Shown: positions 1 through 9,907, numbered from the stretch's first letter. The stretch: DNA of 49,673 nt from a virus (IMGVR_UViG_2778261214_000022:1-49673), one strand, 5' to 3'. Program-made: numbers and translations. The notes: generated by a model not told the origin, from the sequence alone.

Positions 1-342
1 ATGATGAAAAAAAGTATTCTGACGTTTCTGTTACTCACCAGTTCTGCAGCGGCGCTGGCTGCACCGCAGGTGATTACCGTCAGTCGTTTTGAAGTGGGTA
101 AAGACAAATGGGCGTTTAATCGCGAAGAGGTGATGCTGACTTGCAGACCGGGTAATGCTTTGTATGTCATTAACCCAAGTACCCTCGTGCAGTATCCTTT
201 AAACGATATCGCACAAAAGGAAGTTGCCAGTGGGAAGACTAAAGCCCAACCCATTTCGGTGATTCAGATTGATGATCCTAACAATCCCGGCGAAAAAATG
301 AGTCTGGCACCGTTTATAGAACGAGCTGAAAAACTCTGTTAA
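1..342 (+). CDS. yebY: YebY-like periplasmic protein (DUF2511-type), chromosomal flank
   Basis: 113 aa ORF with N-terminal signal peptide ([22 protein letters not shown]); sits beside pphA/yebW as in E. coli; identity by recall, not searched. Confidence 0.7.
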   Translation: MMKKSILTFLLLTSSAAALAAPQVITVSRFEVGKDKWAFNREEVMLTCRPGNALYVINPSTLVQYPLNDIAQKEVASGKTKAQPISVIQIDDPNNPGEKMSLAPFIERAEKLC

Positions 343-377
343 TTACCTAAAATAGCCTTTTGATTTCCAATAAAAAA

Positions 378-414
378 ACCGCCTCAGTTCTTTCACCAGA
401 ACGGGCGGTTTTTA
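378..414 (+). terminator. Intrinsic terminator after yebY
   Basis: GC-rich hairpin accgcc...ggcggt followed by TTTTT. Confidence 0.6.
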
Positions 415-576
415 ACATTTCAGCTGATGACCACCACGCTTTTTATTGACCATTTTGCACGCAAACTGGAAAACCTGGCGTCGTCATCTATTCTTAAAGG
501 GCAAGGCAACTAAGCCTGCATTAATGCCAACTTTTAGCGCACGGCTCTCTCCCAAGAGCCATTTCCCTGGACCGAA

Positions 577-602
577 TACAGGAATCGTATTCGGTCTTTT
601 TT
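577..602. repeat. attL core (direct repeat with 48581-48607)
   Basis: acaggaatcgtAttcggtct+T-run here versus acaggaatcgtGttcggtctc+T-run at the right end; core also forms hairpin ccgaatac/gtattcgg. Confidence 0.7.
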
Positions 603-637
603 TAATTGTATTTAAAATCAATCAGTTGCAAACGTCT

Positions 638-668
638 CCCCGAAATTCCCCGAAATTTACTCGAATTT
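638..668. repeat. Tandem ccccgaaatt repeats, candidate integrase arm-type sites
   Basis: ccccgaaatt at 638-647 and 648-657, degenerate copy actcgaattt 659-668; similar cccgaaaattt near attR. Confidence 0.4.
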
Positions 669-734
669 CTGTATTCCGGTCTTTTTTGGTTATATCACAA
701 CTAAAATGCATTTAACAATCCATTTACGTTAAAA

Positions 735-1811
735 TCAGAGCAGTAAGTACGTTTTTTCTCTCTCATCAAGATACATTTTTGTTGTCTTCTCCGATGTGTG
801 GCCAAGTAGACGCTGAGCAAATTCTTCTCCACATGTTTCTTTGTACAATCGTCCAGCCAGACTTCTGATCTCGTGAAAAGTTGGTGGGTTTTCACTGAAC
901 TGGATACCTGTTAATTTTCTGGCTGCGACAAATTTTTTTGTCAGGCCATCCGGGTGAATGCTGCCGTCAGGGCTATTTTTTCTAATCCCGGCACTGATTA
1001 GATAATCTCCCCGGCTTACCAGGCGGCAGCGTTCAACTACTGTACCAAGCCGTAGACCAGCGACAGGAAGGCTGAGTGACAGGGGGATAGCAATCATCAT
1101 TCCTGTCTTAATTTGCCTGATGTGGAGACGATCATCATAAATATCACTGAACCGCATATTCGTTATGTCTTCGCGACGTTGTCCTGTTACAAGGGCTAAG
1201 TCCATAGCTAATGGGAACCATGTCGGAAGTTGATCTGCTGCCTCCCTGATGCAGTTGTATGTCTTTAGTTTCAGTCGTTCTCTTGTAACTACTATTTTCG
1301 GTGCTCTTGTTGGCGTTACTGGATTTTGAGATATACGTCCTTCAACAATGGCCTCACGAAACATATCAGACAACACAGAACGCATTGATCCTGCCATTGT
1401 GTTTTTCCCTCCTTCAATCCACAAATCAAGAAACTCGGCAATATGGCGAGTGGTTATTTCTGTCAGTAAAATCCCTCCCAATTTTTCTTTTATTGTCTCT
1501 AGTTGATTTACCCGAATTTTATAAGTATTTCTGGACACTTTTCTCCTTATAAGAATCGTTTTGTAACGTTCAATCCAATCTGCCATAGTAAATGAGTCGA
1601 ACCCTTTAAGCTTTTCAATTAAGGCAGCAGGAGAGTAGTTTTTGTATATATAATGATTTGCTTCAATTGCCTGCGCTACTGCATCTCTTCTTGAAATTTT
1701 ACCTAGTGTAAATTCTTCTTTCGTCAGAGGGTTGCGCCAGTAATATGCTTTGTCCCTCCTTCGATATGTTAAGTTTTTAGGCAAATTGGGATCGTATTTT
1801 TTCCGCTGCAT
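735..1811 (-). CDS. int: Tyrosine integrase, lambda Int family
   Basis: 358 aa; lambda-Int-like N-terminus and C-terminal catalytic region (HEIRSLAGRLY ... LLGHTSEKTTKMY). Confidence 0.95.
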   Translation of the reverse strand: MQRKKYDPNLPKNLTYRRRDKAYYWRNPLTKEEFTLGKISRRDAVAQAIEANHYIYKNYSPAALIEKLKGFDSFTMADWIERYKTILIRRKVSRNTYKIRVNQLETIKEKLGGILLTEITTRHIAEFLDLWIEGGKNTMAGSMRSVLSDMFREAIVEGRISQNPVTPTRAPKIVVTRERLKLKTYNCIREAADQLPTWFPLAMDLALVTGQRREDITNMRFSDIYDDRLHIRQIKTGMMIAIPLSLSLPVAGLRLGTVVERCRLVSRGDYLISAGIRKNSPDGSIHPDGLTKKFVAARKLTGIQFSENPPTFHEIRSLAGRLYKETCGEEFAQRLLGHTSEKTTKMYLDEREKTYLLL

Positions 1812-2058
1812 GTTTTAACTTCTCCAGTAACGGACTGTCTCTCCCTTGTCGCCCATTAGGCTGATGGTATGTTATATCGGTATCAACCTTATTTGGGTTG
1901 ATATAGAAAGCCTCCGGAACCACCCTGTAACTCCTCCCGTGTAGTTCAGGTGCAGGATAAATGTTTCCATTCCTTGCCCATCGTCTCAGCGTTGATATTG
2001 ATGGTGGGTTATCCGGATATCTGAGTTTTCCCCACGTTTTGAGTGTCACAAGATTCAT
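1777..2058 (-). CDS. xis: Excisionase
   Basis: 93 aa, overlaps int start by 35 nt; Xis-like motif (ISTLRRWARNGNIYPAPELHGRSYRV); start moved to Met3 for RBS spacing. Confidence 0.8.
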   Translation of the reverse strand: MNLVTLKTWGKLRYPDNPPSISTLRRWARNGNIYPAPELHGRSYRVVPEAFYINPNKVDTDITYHQPNGRQGRDSPLLEKLKHAAEKIRSQFA

Positions 2059-2164
2059 TGCCATACCTCTTACGATATGACCGCCAGTAAATATACAGAA
2101 TACTGGCGGACGTGATTGATTTTTAATAATCAGCTATGAAGTTATAATTTGGATATAATGCAAC

Positions 2165-2353
2165 TCATGAGGACAGAAGTTTCTCGCAATTAAAATTTAT
2201 CAGCTTTACTTTCTGCTCTCTGGAAACGTCTGCTTCTTTTTTTCCCGAGAGCATTTTTTCGCATTCCGATTTGGTTAACTTTGTTTTTGAGTACCTTGTC
2301 CAGTTAGTAGGAGTGCCACCTTCCTTTTCAATAGTGGCGGTAATTTTATACAT
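2165..2353 (-). CDS. Hypothetical small protein (Rac ydaC position)
   Basis: 62 aa from internal ATG with GGAGG RBS 6 nt upstream; 8 nt overlap with upstream gene. Confidence 0.5.
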   Translation of the reverse strand: MYKITATIEKEGGTPTNWTRYSKTKLTKSECEKMLSGKKEADVSREQKVKLINFNCEKLLSS

Positions 2354-2552
2354 GAACACCTCCATTATTATTTCCAGTGGTTCGTTTATTCCATCGTTCG
2401 AGTGCTTCTTTTTCACTTCCACCATAGCCGGTTCGGGATTCGCATCCGTTACACTTCGCGCGGTAATATCCTGAAATGGCTTTCACCGTTACTGATGGAC
2501 AACCACAAAACGGACATGGTTTAACATCGTCATATCTCAAAGTTTTTGTCAT
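2346..2552 (-). CDS. lar: Lar-family restriction alleviation protein
   Basis: KPCPFCG ... CNGC ... EALERWNKR motif pattern typical of Lar family; start at Met10 assumed. Confidence 0.6.
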   Translation of the reverse strand: MTKTLRYDDVKPCPFCGCPSVTVKAISGYYRAKCNGCESRTGYGGSEKEALERWNKRTTGNNNGGVHV

Positions 2553-2596
2553 AAAAACTATCTCACGTTGGCGGTGCATTACACCGCCAGGCTGGA

Positions 2597-3430
2597 TTAT
2601 TCTTCTGGATTATCGATTACACTGTATTCCCCGGCTATAACCGATATGTCGTCTGGATTAATTGTTTCCACCTCTTTTCCATCCATCGATACAGCACGCT
2701 GGATTTCAATAGATACCGGCAGATACTTGAACAGTTTTCGTATCACTGTCTTTTTGGCCATGTCTTCAAAGTGTTCATCCCAGATGGACGACTCCCCTTT
2801 TGACGCTGCGTTTTTTGCTGCCTTGCTGTGTGTGTCGCGAACTTTTTCTACCTGTTTGCGGGTCATGACTTCAAACTGCACTCCTCCGTCTTTCAGTTTT
2901 GCAACAGCATAGACATGGGTTATAGGGGCATCTTCGTTTTCACCGGGACGATGAACCAGTTTTTCATCAAGGCCAAGTTCATAGCTGAATTCATCACATT
3001 CACGGACAACACGAGCTGACAGACTGATGATTTGACCTGATCGACGGGCAAGGTCGATCATGCCGCGATAACCGATGATCAGCTGTACGTTCTTCTTACC
3101 GTTTTTTGCTTTTCCGTTGCCGAACGGTAGCAGATATGCATGACCGAGGGCGCTACCTGGCTCAAGTCCGAGCTGTGAACACTGTACGATGGCACCGATA
3201 AAACTCGTCGAGTCACAGTTTCTTAGTTCCGGTACTTTACGGATTTCTGTTGTGGCAATGCGGATCATGCGTTCCGCTGTCATGTGACGTGGCAGAGCTG
3301 CTGCCAGTTGCGCTTTCATTGCCGGGCTGTTAATCACGCACAGCACATCCTTATCGTTAACTGCTGCTGGTGCACGGTTTCCCTGAGTTTTTTGCAGATC
3401 GGCTTTTGCGATAGGTGGTTGCTTAGTCAT
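2597..3430 (-). CDS. recT: Recombinase RecT (single-strand annealing protein)
   Basis: 277 aa from [23 protein letters not shown]; near-identical to remembered Rac RecT; 8 nt overlap with recE. Confidence 0.95.
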   Translation of the reverse strand: MTKQPPIAKADLQKTQGNRAPAAVNDKDVLCVINSPAMKAQLAAALPRHMTAERMIRIATTEIRKVPELRNCDSTSFIGAIVQCSQLGLEPGSALGHAYLLPFGNGKAKNGKKNVQLIIGYRGMIDLARRSGQIISLSARVVRECDEFSYELGLDEKLVHRPGENEDAPITHVYAVAKLKDGGVQFEVMTRKQVEKVRDTHSKAAKNAASKGESSIWDEHFEDMAKKTVIRKLFKYLPVSIEIQRAVSMDGKEVETINPDDISVIAGEYSVIDNPEE

Positions 3431-6110
3431 TTGTATATTCCTTAGCCCAGCGGGGCAGTGATAACGTCTTAATAGCTGGCCATTCATCGGTATTGAGGCA
3501 GTCAGCCAGGGTTCGCAGATTGCGGTGATATTCCTGCTGGCCTGCCAGTTTTGCTTCTTCGCCCATCATGAAAATTTCAACCGGATAACGTCCGCATTCA
3601 ACTGTTGTGCTGACGGCCAGAAAAACGAAAGTTGGTTGCACACCAAACTGTGCCTCATAACCGTCACTGTAGAATGCATCCTGAACGTGATAGCGGTATT
3701 CGTAATATGCGGTTTTGAATCGCTGAATATCCGCCGTAGTTTTCACGTCCACGATCCAGTGAAATTCAGGGATAATTTTGTCCGGACGGCACCGACACAA
3801 AATTCCCGTTTCCGGATCTTCCCAGTAAATTGATGATTCAGCGTGTCCGGCGCTTTCAACAAGCCATTGCCCCAGCGGCAAAGCCATAACGCTCTGATAC
3901 ATGAGTTCAATTTTCCGGCCTTCTTCCGCAGTGATAACTGTTTTTCCTGTGCTTGCGCATTCCATCAGAAACGTTTTCTCTTCTTCTTTTCCGGCGTTTG
4001 TACGGCGGTTAAATTCAGGTGCTACGATAAAGCGGTTACTGAATTCTTCCGGTTCAAGTACACGGCAGTGGAAAGCGGTTCCTAAATCGAGCGTTTTTGT
4101 CTTTGTAGTGTCCACGGGGGCATTTTTACGCCACAAATACAGTGCCGGAGTATCAGCAATGTCATCGAGCTGAGACTTACTGACACCGGGACCCGCGTGG
4201 TAATTCTCATTCGAAATTCCGTAATAAATACCTAGCTCTATGTCTTCTACGATTACGGGATCTGCGACTTCGCCAGTTTCATCACTGCAATCGCGATGCG
4301 GATCGCTGCCAGCATTCTCATTGTGCGGATGTTCAGCGCCTTCCATTTCCTCCGGATCTTTTTCCTTAGCTTCAACCTGATTCTCTTCACCGAATGTTTC
4401 CTGGTATGTTGCGTCGCCCATCACCGCACCACAGTCAGGGCAGTTATCCCCGCCAGTCTGACCGCAGGCATTGCAGACTTTTTCCACTTCCTGTTGCGCC
4501 ACTGGTTCAGGCTGTTTCGTTTCTGGCTCGTTTTGTAACGCATTTTGGCTGTTTTGTTCCGCTTTCTGGTCGTTTTGTTCCGATTCGGGCTGGTTCTGGT
4601 TCACAGAATCGCGGGTTTCAATCCCCTTAACCCATTTCGGATCATTCGGGTCGCTAATTCCGTCAACGAACTCACCGCGTGATGCAGCAAGAAACTTATC
4701 GGCGTCAGGCTGGTTGATATTGGCAGCCTGCATAATTTTGTTTACTTCGTCAGCGGTAACTTTTACCTGATTAACCGGATCTATCTGTGCCTGAGTATCC
4801 AGCGATTGCGTGTCCTGGCGATGTTCAGTTGTATCCGGCTCCATTGCTTCAGTCGTTGCCTGTTCATCTGCCAGTGCGCCAGACGGTTGCGATTTTTCTT
4901 CATCGTTTTTTTCTTCTTCTGTTTCTTGCCCGGCAGCCAGCTCGCGGTTTATTTCTTCCAGGATATCTTTTTCCGGTGTATGTCGTGCAGCAGCGAGGGT
5001 TTCCTTGCTGGGGTTCTCGTGATCAGTTTCCGTTAAGTGGGCGTTGATATACACCTGAAGGCGTACCCTGTAGAGATAAAGTTCAGGGTGGGCGCTCCGG
5101 ATAAGTGCAAAAATAGCGGCACGGGAATAATCCAGGATACCCGGGATTGCGCGAAGTGCTGCGGACCATTCTTTGAACGGACTTTCTTTCTTCCGGACGA
5201 CTTTTTTTGCGCGACGATAAACGCTGCCCGGGATTTCATAAATATTAAAATCCATCGGAAGGGTGGCCGCTGCAATCTCCACATCCAGCGTATCGAAGGT
5301 GTGTACTAAATTCGGATTGCGATCGGTTTTGTTCCCGCCGCCAGCATTAGCACCGGAAGCCGTGCGGGTGATACGCGAAACACGATTTCCTTTCATCCAC
5401 TCTTTTGTCAGCAGACCGCGATCGGTGTAGTCGGCGTCCAGGTATGCTTCGATAAAAGAGGTTATCAGTCCCAGGTCCGAATTTACGGGGGCGGGGAAAA
5501 CTTTGTCAGTGTCTCGCACCAGTTTGTGGAGATCGCGAATTTCCAGTGGTTCGAGTTGCGCTGCTTTATTTGAGATGGCCAGCGCGGCAACGGCGGGAAG
5601 TTTTTCATCCTGTGCGTTATGTAATGCGCGCAGTTCGTCCCGCGAAACGTGTGTGATCGGTTTTTCGCTGCCGTGCTGTGCCAGCCATCGAACAGGCAGA
5701 ATCTGACCTGAAACCGGCAGGAGCATGTTCTCCTCAATCTCAGCCATGTCTTCGCCGTTGACGTTGGTATTGTCAGTGCTGGCTGGTTTATCCTGAACAG
5801 AGGGTGAGGGCGCGATAAATACCATTGTGATGCCATCTTCCCCGCCTTTTTCGTAACGGTTGCAGAATTCCGTATCAAATACGCCTTCTGGCGGGAGGTC
5901 ATTAACAACGGGCAAATTGACGCGAACAGGTTTTTTGAAGTCATCTTCATCGTATCCAGCATCGTCAATCGCAACAGCACCACGGGAGATGGCAATGGAT
6001 AATTTTTTCGTTTCAGCCCAGTAAAAACCGCCTTTAATACCGAGACGTTTTCTTACTTTGTCATTTTTTGCTTCGTAATACAGTGGGTAAACTTGTTTAT
6101 CGGTGCTCAT
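3423..6110 (-). CDS. recE: Exodeoxyribonuclease VIII RecE
   Basis: 895 aa; C-terminal nuclease domain matches remembered Rac RecE ([48 protein letters not shown]). Confidence 0.95.
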   Translation of the reverse strand: MSTDKQVYPLYYEAKNDKVRKRLGIKGGFYWAETKKLSIAISRGAVAIDDAGYDEDDFKKPVRVNLPVVNDLPPEGVFDTEFCNRYEKGGEDGITMVFIAPSPSVQDKPASTDNTNVNGEDMAEIEENMLLPVSGQILPVRWLAQHGSEKPITHVSRDELRALHNAQDEKLPAVAALAISNKAAQLEPLEIRDLHKLVRDTDKVFPAPVNSDLGLITSFIEAYLDADYTDRGLLTKEWMKGNRVSRITRTASGANAGGGNKTDRNPNLVHTFDTLDVEIAAATLPMDFNIYEIPGSVYRRAKKVVRKKESPFKEWSAALRAIPGILDYSRAAIFALIRSAHPELYLYRVRLQVYINAHLTETDHENPSKETLAAARHTPEKDILEEINRELAAGQETEEEKNDEEKSQPSGALADEQATTEAMEPDTTEHRQDTQSLDTQAQIDPVNQVKVTADEVNKIMQAANINQPDADKFLAASRGEFVDGISDPNDPKWVKGIETRDSVNQNQPESEQNDQKAEQNSQNALQNEPETKQPEPVAQQEVEKVCNACGQTGGDNCPDCGAVMGDATYQETFGEENQVEAKEKDPEEMEGAEHPHNENAGSDPHRDCSDETGEVADPVIVEDIELGIYYGISNENYHAGPGVSKSQLDDIADTPALYLWRKNAPVDTTKTKTLDLGTAFHCRVLEPEEFSNRFIVAPEFNRRTNAGKEEEKTFLMECASTGKTVITAEEGRKIELMYQSVMALPLGQWLVESAGHAESSIYWEDPETGILCRCRPDKIIPEFHWIVDVKTTADIQRFKTAYYEYRYHVQDAFYSDGYEAQFGVQPTFVFLAVSTTVECGRYPVEIFMMGEEAKLAGQQEYHRNLRTLADCLNTDEWPAIKTLSLPRWAKEYTND

Positions 6111-6211
6111 TGTTTTTTAACCTCAACTCAGATTAAAATTCGTTTTGTTCAGTGAATGATCTTGCTGGATACACACTGTTCGTAGCCTGCGACATACGCA
6201 GGCTATTTCTT

Positions 6212-6487
6212 TCAGATTTCACCTTTTAATTTCATTGCAATCAGAGTTGCCAGAAATTCGGCTTTTTTTTCTGCAGGCAGATTCTTTCCGATATGCACCA
6301 GGCACATTTTTTTGACACCTTCATCAAGTGTTTTTACGTTGCCTGATGGACCATCGATATCAACCACAGTGAATGGGGTTTCTTTATTTTCTGTTTTAAT
6401 CACGTAGCCAATACGCTTTCCTTCCAGATTAACCTCGTGAACAATGTCATCGGTAGTTACAACAGTGGCTTCATAACTGGTAATCAT
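6212..6487 (-). CDS. racC: RacC-like protein
   Basis: 91 aa (MITSYEATVVTTDDIVHEVNLEGKRIGYV...), position just downstream of recE as in Rac. Confidence 0.8.
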   Translation of the reverse strand: MITSYEATVVTTDDIVHEVNLEGKRIGYVIKTENKETPFTVVDIDGPSGNVKTLDEGVKKMCLVHIGKNLPAEKKAEFLATLIAMKLKGEI

Positions 6488-6560
6488 TTTTTCTCCTTAA
6501 TTAAGGTTGAGCGAATACCTGCCATTTTTGGCATAAATTCAGTTTCGAATAGTCAATTAA

Positions 6561-6731
6561 TTAAAGTTCGTGTGCCATCTGGTCTTTTTCGGCACAGATT
6601 TCACTACAATATTTTTTCATTTCCGTCGTTGGTATAACTCCACGCATGAAATGAAGTGGTCTTGTAATGATTTTGCTTTCTTCAATTTCTTTATTGCAAA
6701 GGTGATAAGCACATTTTATTTTCTTAGTCAT
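6561..6731 (-). CDS. ydaE: YdaE-like small Cys-containing protein
   Basis: 56 aa ORF found by hand translation ([56 protein letters not shown]); below the 60 aa ORF-track cutoff; start overlaps kilR stop (TAATG). Confidence 0.65.
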   Translation of the reverse strand: MTKKIKCAYHLCNKEIEESKIITRPLHFMRGVIPTTEMKKYCSEICAEKDQMAHEL

Positions 6732-6952
6732 TACCATGACTCCGCCTTTACAGGTAAACCATCACGACCGAGGAAGACTTTAATCATGCAGTCAGAAATG
6801 CATGTTTTTGTAGTCAGGCTACGAATATAAAGTTTTCGCTTTTTAATATTGTTTGCCGAGGCGATATATGTCCGACCTTCATGAAGAACATAATCGCCAG
6901 GGGTCACACACTGACGTGGTATTTCATCAGTTCCGAAGTGATGAGCAATCAT
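6731..6952 (-). CDS. kilR: KilR-like cell-division inhibitor
   Basis: 73 aa from Met5 ([32 protein letters not shown]...), GGAG RBS 6 nt upstream; matches remembered Rac KilR. Confidence 0.8.
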   Translation of the reverse strand: MIAHHFGTDEIPRQCVTPGDYVLHEGRTYIASANNIKKRKLYIRSLTTKTCISDCMIKVFLGRDGLPVKAESW

Positions 6953-7130
6953 AATTATCTCCATTTTTACAAATGAATTTTGTCGATGCGGTGCCTGGTG
7001 CCTCCAGGTGACGTTAACCAGTTAACAATTAACGCCGGATATTTCACCCATAACTCTGCTACGAAGGACAATAGCTTTTTAACTGTTCCGCGTGCGCTTA
7101 GCCGCATTCACCGCATCACAAAATTCACTT

Positions 7131-7178
7131 TAAAAAGGGCGGACATCAGTCGAACTTCAAGAAAAAACTGATGCCGCC
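7131..7178 (-). terminator. Intrinsic terminator-like hairpin inside the leftward early operon
   Basis: ~12 bp stem gggcggacatcagt/actgatgccgcc; the plus-strand A-run 7131-7136 gives a T-run after the hairpin on the minus strand. Confidence 0.45.
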
Positions 7179-7376
7179 AAGACTACACACAGCAGTGTTG
7201 TTATTCACAACCGGAGGCGCACTCCCACCATTTAAATTTAACAGACAAGACCGACTCTTTATGGATATCGGAAATGCGCCTTCGTGTTGTGCCCGGTTTT
7301 ATTTCACCACCTCCGGGCTTTGGTGGCCTCGGCTATACCCCTACAGCGAGAATATTGAATTAATCCAAATAATGGA

Positions 7377-7529
7377 TTAGCAAGTATTTCTGGCAAGCCA
7401 GCGACGTGCGCCCGTTTCAGTTTTGAATGTCTTGCTTTTGGTATAAGTCATGGCGGTGAACGTTCCATCCTGGTTGGGGAACACGCCACACACCAGGGAT
7501 TCGTTGTTGCCGAGGTCGATTTTTTGCAT
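7377..7529 (-). CDS. ydaF: YdaF-like small protein
   Basis: 50 aa ORF by hand translation (MQKIDLGNNESLVCGVFPNQDGTFTAMTYTKSKTFKTETGARRWLARNTC); name from Rac synteny and size. Confidence 0.55.
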   Translation of the reverse strand: MQKIDLGNNESLVCGVFPNQDGTFTAMTYTKSKTFKTETGARRWLARNTC

Positions 7530-7539
7530 TTTTCGCACC

Positions 7540-7674
7540 TCACATTTTGTTGTTGCGGATAGAGGCTTCTGCCTGCCAGAGATCCCAGTCGTTGCTGCGT
7601 AGAGCCTGTACAGCCTGGCTGTAAGTGATACCGCAACAATCCATCAAATACTGAACTACTTCGTAATGCACCAT
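7540..7674 (-). CDS. ydaG: YdaG-like small protein
   Basis: 44 aa ORF by hand translation (MVHYEVVQYLMDCCGITYSQAVQALRSNDWDLWQAEASIRNNKM); first gene of leftward operon. Confidence 0.55.
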   Translation of the reverse strand: MVHYEVVQYLMDCCGITYSQAVQALRSNDWDLWQAEASIRNNKM

Positions 7675-7741
7675 TTTATCTCTCCCTTTAACGCCGGGTT
7701 GCGGAACTAAAACCTACAGCGCCGTGCTGTTCTTGATAGAA

Positions 7742-7770
7742 ATATTAGTAACGCGGATATTTTAAGTCAA
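7742..7770 (-). promoter_or_regulatory. PL-like sigma70 promoter for leftward early operon
   Basis: Minus strand TTGACT - 17 nt - TAATAT (plus coords 7765-7770 and 7742-7747), ~65 nt upstream of ydaG-like start. Confidence 0.5.
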
Positions 7771-7867
7771 CAGTATGGCGTATAATATTTTTGATTTGGT
7801 AACTATGTAAATGTTTTTTCAAGGGAAAAATATTAGTTATACAGCTGATTTGCAGAAGTTATGGCAC

Positions 7868-7898
7868 AAAAAAAACCGACTAAGACGTCGGTTTTTTT
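7868..7898. terminator. Bidirectional intrinsic terminator downstream of repressor gene
   Basis: A-run, hairpin ccgac-taagac-gtcgg, T-run. Confidence 0.6.
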
Positions 7899-7924
7899 GT
7901 TGTGGATGGGGTAGTGAGCGGTGG

Positions 7925-8386
7925 CTACTGGTTACGTTTCTTTAGTGCCAGCATGTTCTCGAAGGCTTCCTCGTAGAGCTTGTTTAGTCCACGTAGCTGG
8001 TTAAGGAGTTTGGCTTTTTCTGACGCAGGTAGAATCTCGAAGAGGTTAAGCAACTCTGCCTGTTCTTCATTGACCAGCCTCCATCCTTTGCCTGAAAAGC
8101 TATCATCATAAGTATCTGATGATCTTACATAATTCATTAAGTCTTTAAGGTCTTCTCGAATGTCCTCTGGTTTTACCTTTAACAGAGCCGCAAATTTTAG
8201 CGCAGCATCGGTATTTACCGGTATCTTGCCGTTCAGATACTGGCTAACGGTGCCTTGAGATTCGAATCCCAACAACTCAGCCGCCAGCTCTTGAGTCAGC
8301 TTCAGCTCTTTTTTTCTTGCATTCCATGCGGCTTTTAAATTCTTGCTCGCTTCTGGAGTTGCAATCACTTCGCGTGTTTTTTTCAT
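7925..8386 (-). CDS. Prophage repressor, XRE-family HTH, DicA/RacR-like, no S24 peptidase domain
   Basis: 153 aa; HTH (LTQELAAELLGFESQGTVSQYLNGK) and C-terminal region resembling DicA; divergent from cro/ydaS-like gene. Confidence 0.85.
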   Translation of the reverse strand: MKKTREVIATPEASKNLKAAWNARKKELKLTQELAAELLGFESQGTVSQYLNGKIPVNTDAALKFAALLKVKPEDIREDLKDLMNYVRSSDTYDDSFSGKGWRLVNEEQAELLNLFEILPASEKAKLLNQLRGLNKLYEEAFENMLALKKRNQ

Positions 8387-8434
8387 ACATAGAGTTTATT
8401 TGTTTTACCAATATTATCAAAGATAGTTTGACTA

Positions 8435-8463
8435 TTGATCTTTAAAATTAGTGGGGCTAATAT
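8435..8463 (+). promoter_or_regulatory. PR-like promoter for rightward ydaS-like operon
   Basis: TTGATC - 17 nt - TAATAT in the 100 bp divergent intergenic region. Confidence 0.4.
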
Positions 8464-8487
8464 TTGCTCGAGGCATAACGTAGAAGG

Positions 8488-8769
8488 TTGGCTATGAACT
8501 TAAGAGACTATTTAAAAGAGAAACATATCACCCAGCTACAGTTTGGGAAGCTAACGGGTTTATCTCAGGTGCACGTAAGTCGAGTGCTGGGGGGCTATGA
8601 AAGATTCAGCCCTGAAAAAGCATTACGTGTTGCTGAAGTAACGAATTTCGAGGTTACACCTCATGAACTCCGGCCTGATATCTACCCGAATCCAACCGAC
8701 GGTTTACCTGTTGGATGTAAGGCTAACACACAAAATACACAGGAGTTGATTCATGAAAATCAGGCATGA
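8488..8769 (+). CDS. ydaS: YdaS-like Cro/CI-family HTH protein
   Basis: 93 aa, HTH (LTGLSQVHVSRVLGG), LRPDIYP motif; first gene rightward of repressor as in Rac racR-ydaS-ydaT. Confidence 0.75.
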   Translation: MAMNLRDYLKEKHITQLQFGKLTGLSQVHVSRVLGGYERFSPEKALRVAEVTNFEVTPHELRPDIYPNPTDGLPVGCKANTQNTQELIHENQA

Positions 8770-9175
8770 GCACATCGAATCAGTGCTGTTAGCCCTGGCA
8801 GCCGAAAAAGGGCAGGCGTGGGTCGCTAACGCAATTACTGAAGAATATCTGCGCCAGGGGGGAGGTGAATTGTCTCTGACACCAGGCAAGGACTGGAACA
8901 ATCAGCAGAACATCTATCGCCGTTGGTTAAAAGGTGAAACGGAAGCGCAAAGGGAAAAAATTCAGAAGCTGATCCCAGCAATTCTGGCAATCCTTCCGCG
9001 GGAGCTGCGTCACCGACTCTGCATCTTCGATACCCTGGAACGCCGTGCATTACTGGCGGCGCAGGAAGCGTTGAGTACGGCAATTGATGCGCATGATGAC
9101 GCAGTCCAGGCCGTTTACCGTAAAGCGCATTTCGGCGGTGGTGGAGCGTCCGACGATTCTGTTGTAGTGCATTGA
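8753..9175 (+). CDS. ydaT: YdaT-like protein
   Basis: 140 aa (MKIRHEHIESVLLALAAEKGQAWVANAITEEYLRQGGGE...); matches remembered Rac YdaT; 17 nt overlap with ydaS-like gene. Confidence 0.8.
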   Translation: MKIRHEHIESVLLALAAEKGQAWVANAITEEYLRQGGGELSLTPGKDWNNQQNIYRRWLKGETEAQREKIQKLIPAILAILPRELRHRLCIFDTLERRALLAAQEALSTAIDAHDDAVQAVYRKAHFGGGGASDDSVVVH

Positions 9176-9194
9176 TTGAATAGGGTATCCAATA

Positions 9195-9608
9195 ATGAAA
9201 ATCAAACCGTACATAAATGCCGGAAATCTTACTCCCGGCGAACTACGAGACTGGATCCTGAAACTTGCAAAAAATGCAGAAATTGCGGGTTGGGGTACAG
9301 AAACTTCGGTTCGGAAGCTTCAGAGCGCAGAACTTAGCCTGCGCTCAGTTATGGACGATTTATCCCCAAGAATTAATTTTCTGGGGTCAGAGCAAATAAT
9401 TCGTTCGGAAGGTCACTCCAGCGAAGTTGCGGAAGTTCTGAATACTCTGAGGGTAACTTTTGCTGCCGTTCGCGATATTCAACGAACCATTCTCTCATTG
9501 ATTTCTCAGCTTCAAGAAATTGATAGTCGCATTCCTGACGGGGGTCATAGAGAGCGTCTTCCAGAATGTGAAGAGCAAGGACAGGGGAAACAGATAAGGG
9601 ATCAGTAA
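9195..9608 (+). CDS. Hypothetical protein
   Basis: 137 aa ORF 20 nt after ydaT in the same direction; weak RBS; overlaps an antisense ORF. Confidence 0.45.
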   Translation: MKIKPYINAGNLTPGELRDWILKLAKNAEIAGWGTETSVRKLQSAELSLRSVMDDLSPRINFLGSEQIIRSEGHSSEVAEVLNTLRVTFAAVRDIQRTILSLISQLQEIDSRIPDGGHRERLPECEEQGQGKQIRDQ

Positions 9609-9828
9609 TACGTTTTTCACTTGCCTGGTATAGCAATCTCGCCAGCGAATCATAGCTACTGGGGCTCAGGAGAGAATCCCGTGAGTGATTTGTAAGAATC
9701 AGGTGGAAGCGGGTGAGAACTATAGCCCTGCATGTTACCAGGTTAACCATGTCGTGGTCGTGCTGGTTAATTTTGTACACAGTGCGCATGTGATTTTTAA
9801 TTTTTTGGCAAACAGCCATTAAAGACAT
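9373..9828 (-). CDS. Hypothetical protein antisense to rightward operon
   Basis: 151 aa ORF with strong GGAGG RBS 6 nt before ATG; 3-prime 236 nt overlap the plus-strand ORF 9195-9608. Confidence 0.4.
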   Translation of the reverse strand: MSLMAVCQKIKNHMRTVYKINQHDHDMVNLVTCRAIVLTRFHLILTNHSRDSLLSPSSYDSLARLLYQASEKRITDPLSVSPVLALHILEDALYDPRQECDYQFLEAEKSMREWFVEYRERQQKLPSEYSELPQLRWSDLPNELFALTPEN

Positions 9829-9907
9829 GTCGAACCTCCTTTGGTTCTGTTGATTGGGGAATCACAGATTATATCCGGAGGAAGGTTCGACACCAGATGA
9901 GGCAATT

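Noticed and set aside
446-715. 89 aa plus-strand ORF spanning the attL core
   Set aside because: Crosses the host/phage junction and the terminator hairpin, no RBS; likely spurious
3525-5706. Many 60-100 aa plus-strand ORFs inside recE
   Set aside because: Antisense shadow ORFs within a well-supported long gene
6980-7380. Two plus-strand ORFs (63 and 69 aa) where Rac would carry sieB
   Set aside because: No RBS, implausible composition, overlap the minus-strand terminator and ydaF-like gene; I found no sieB-like gene
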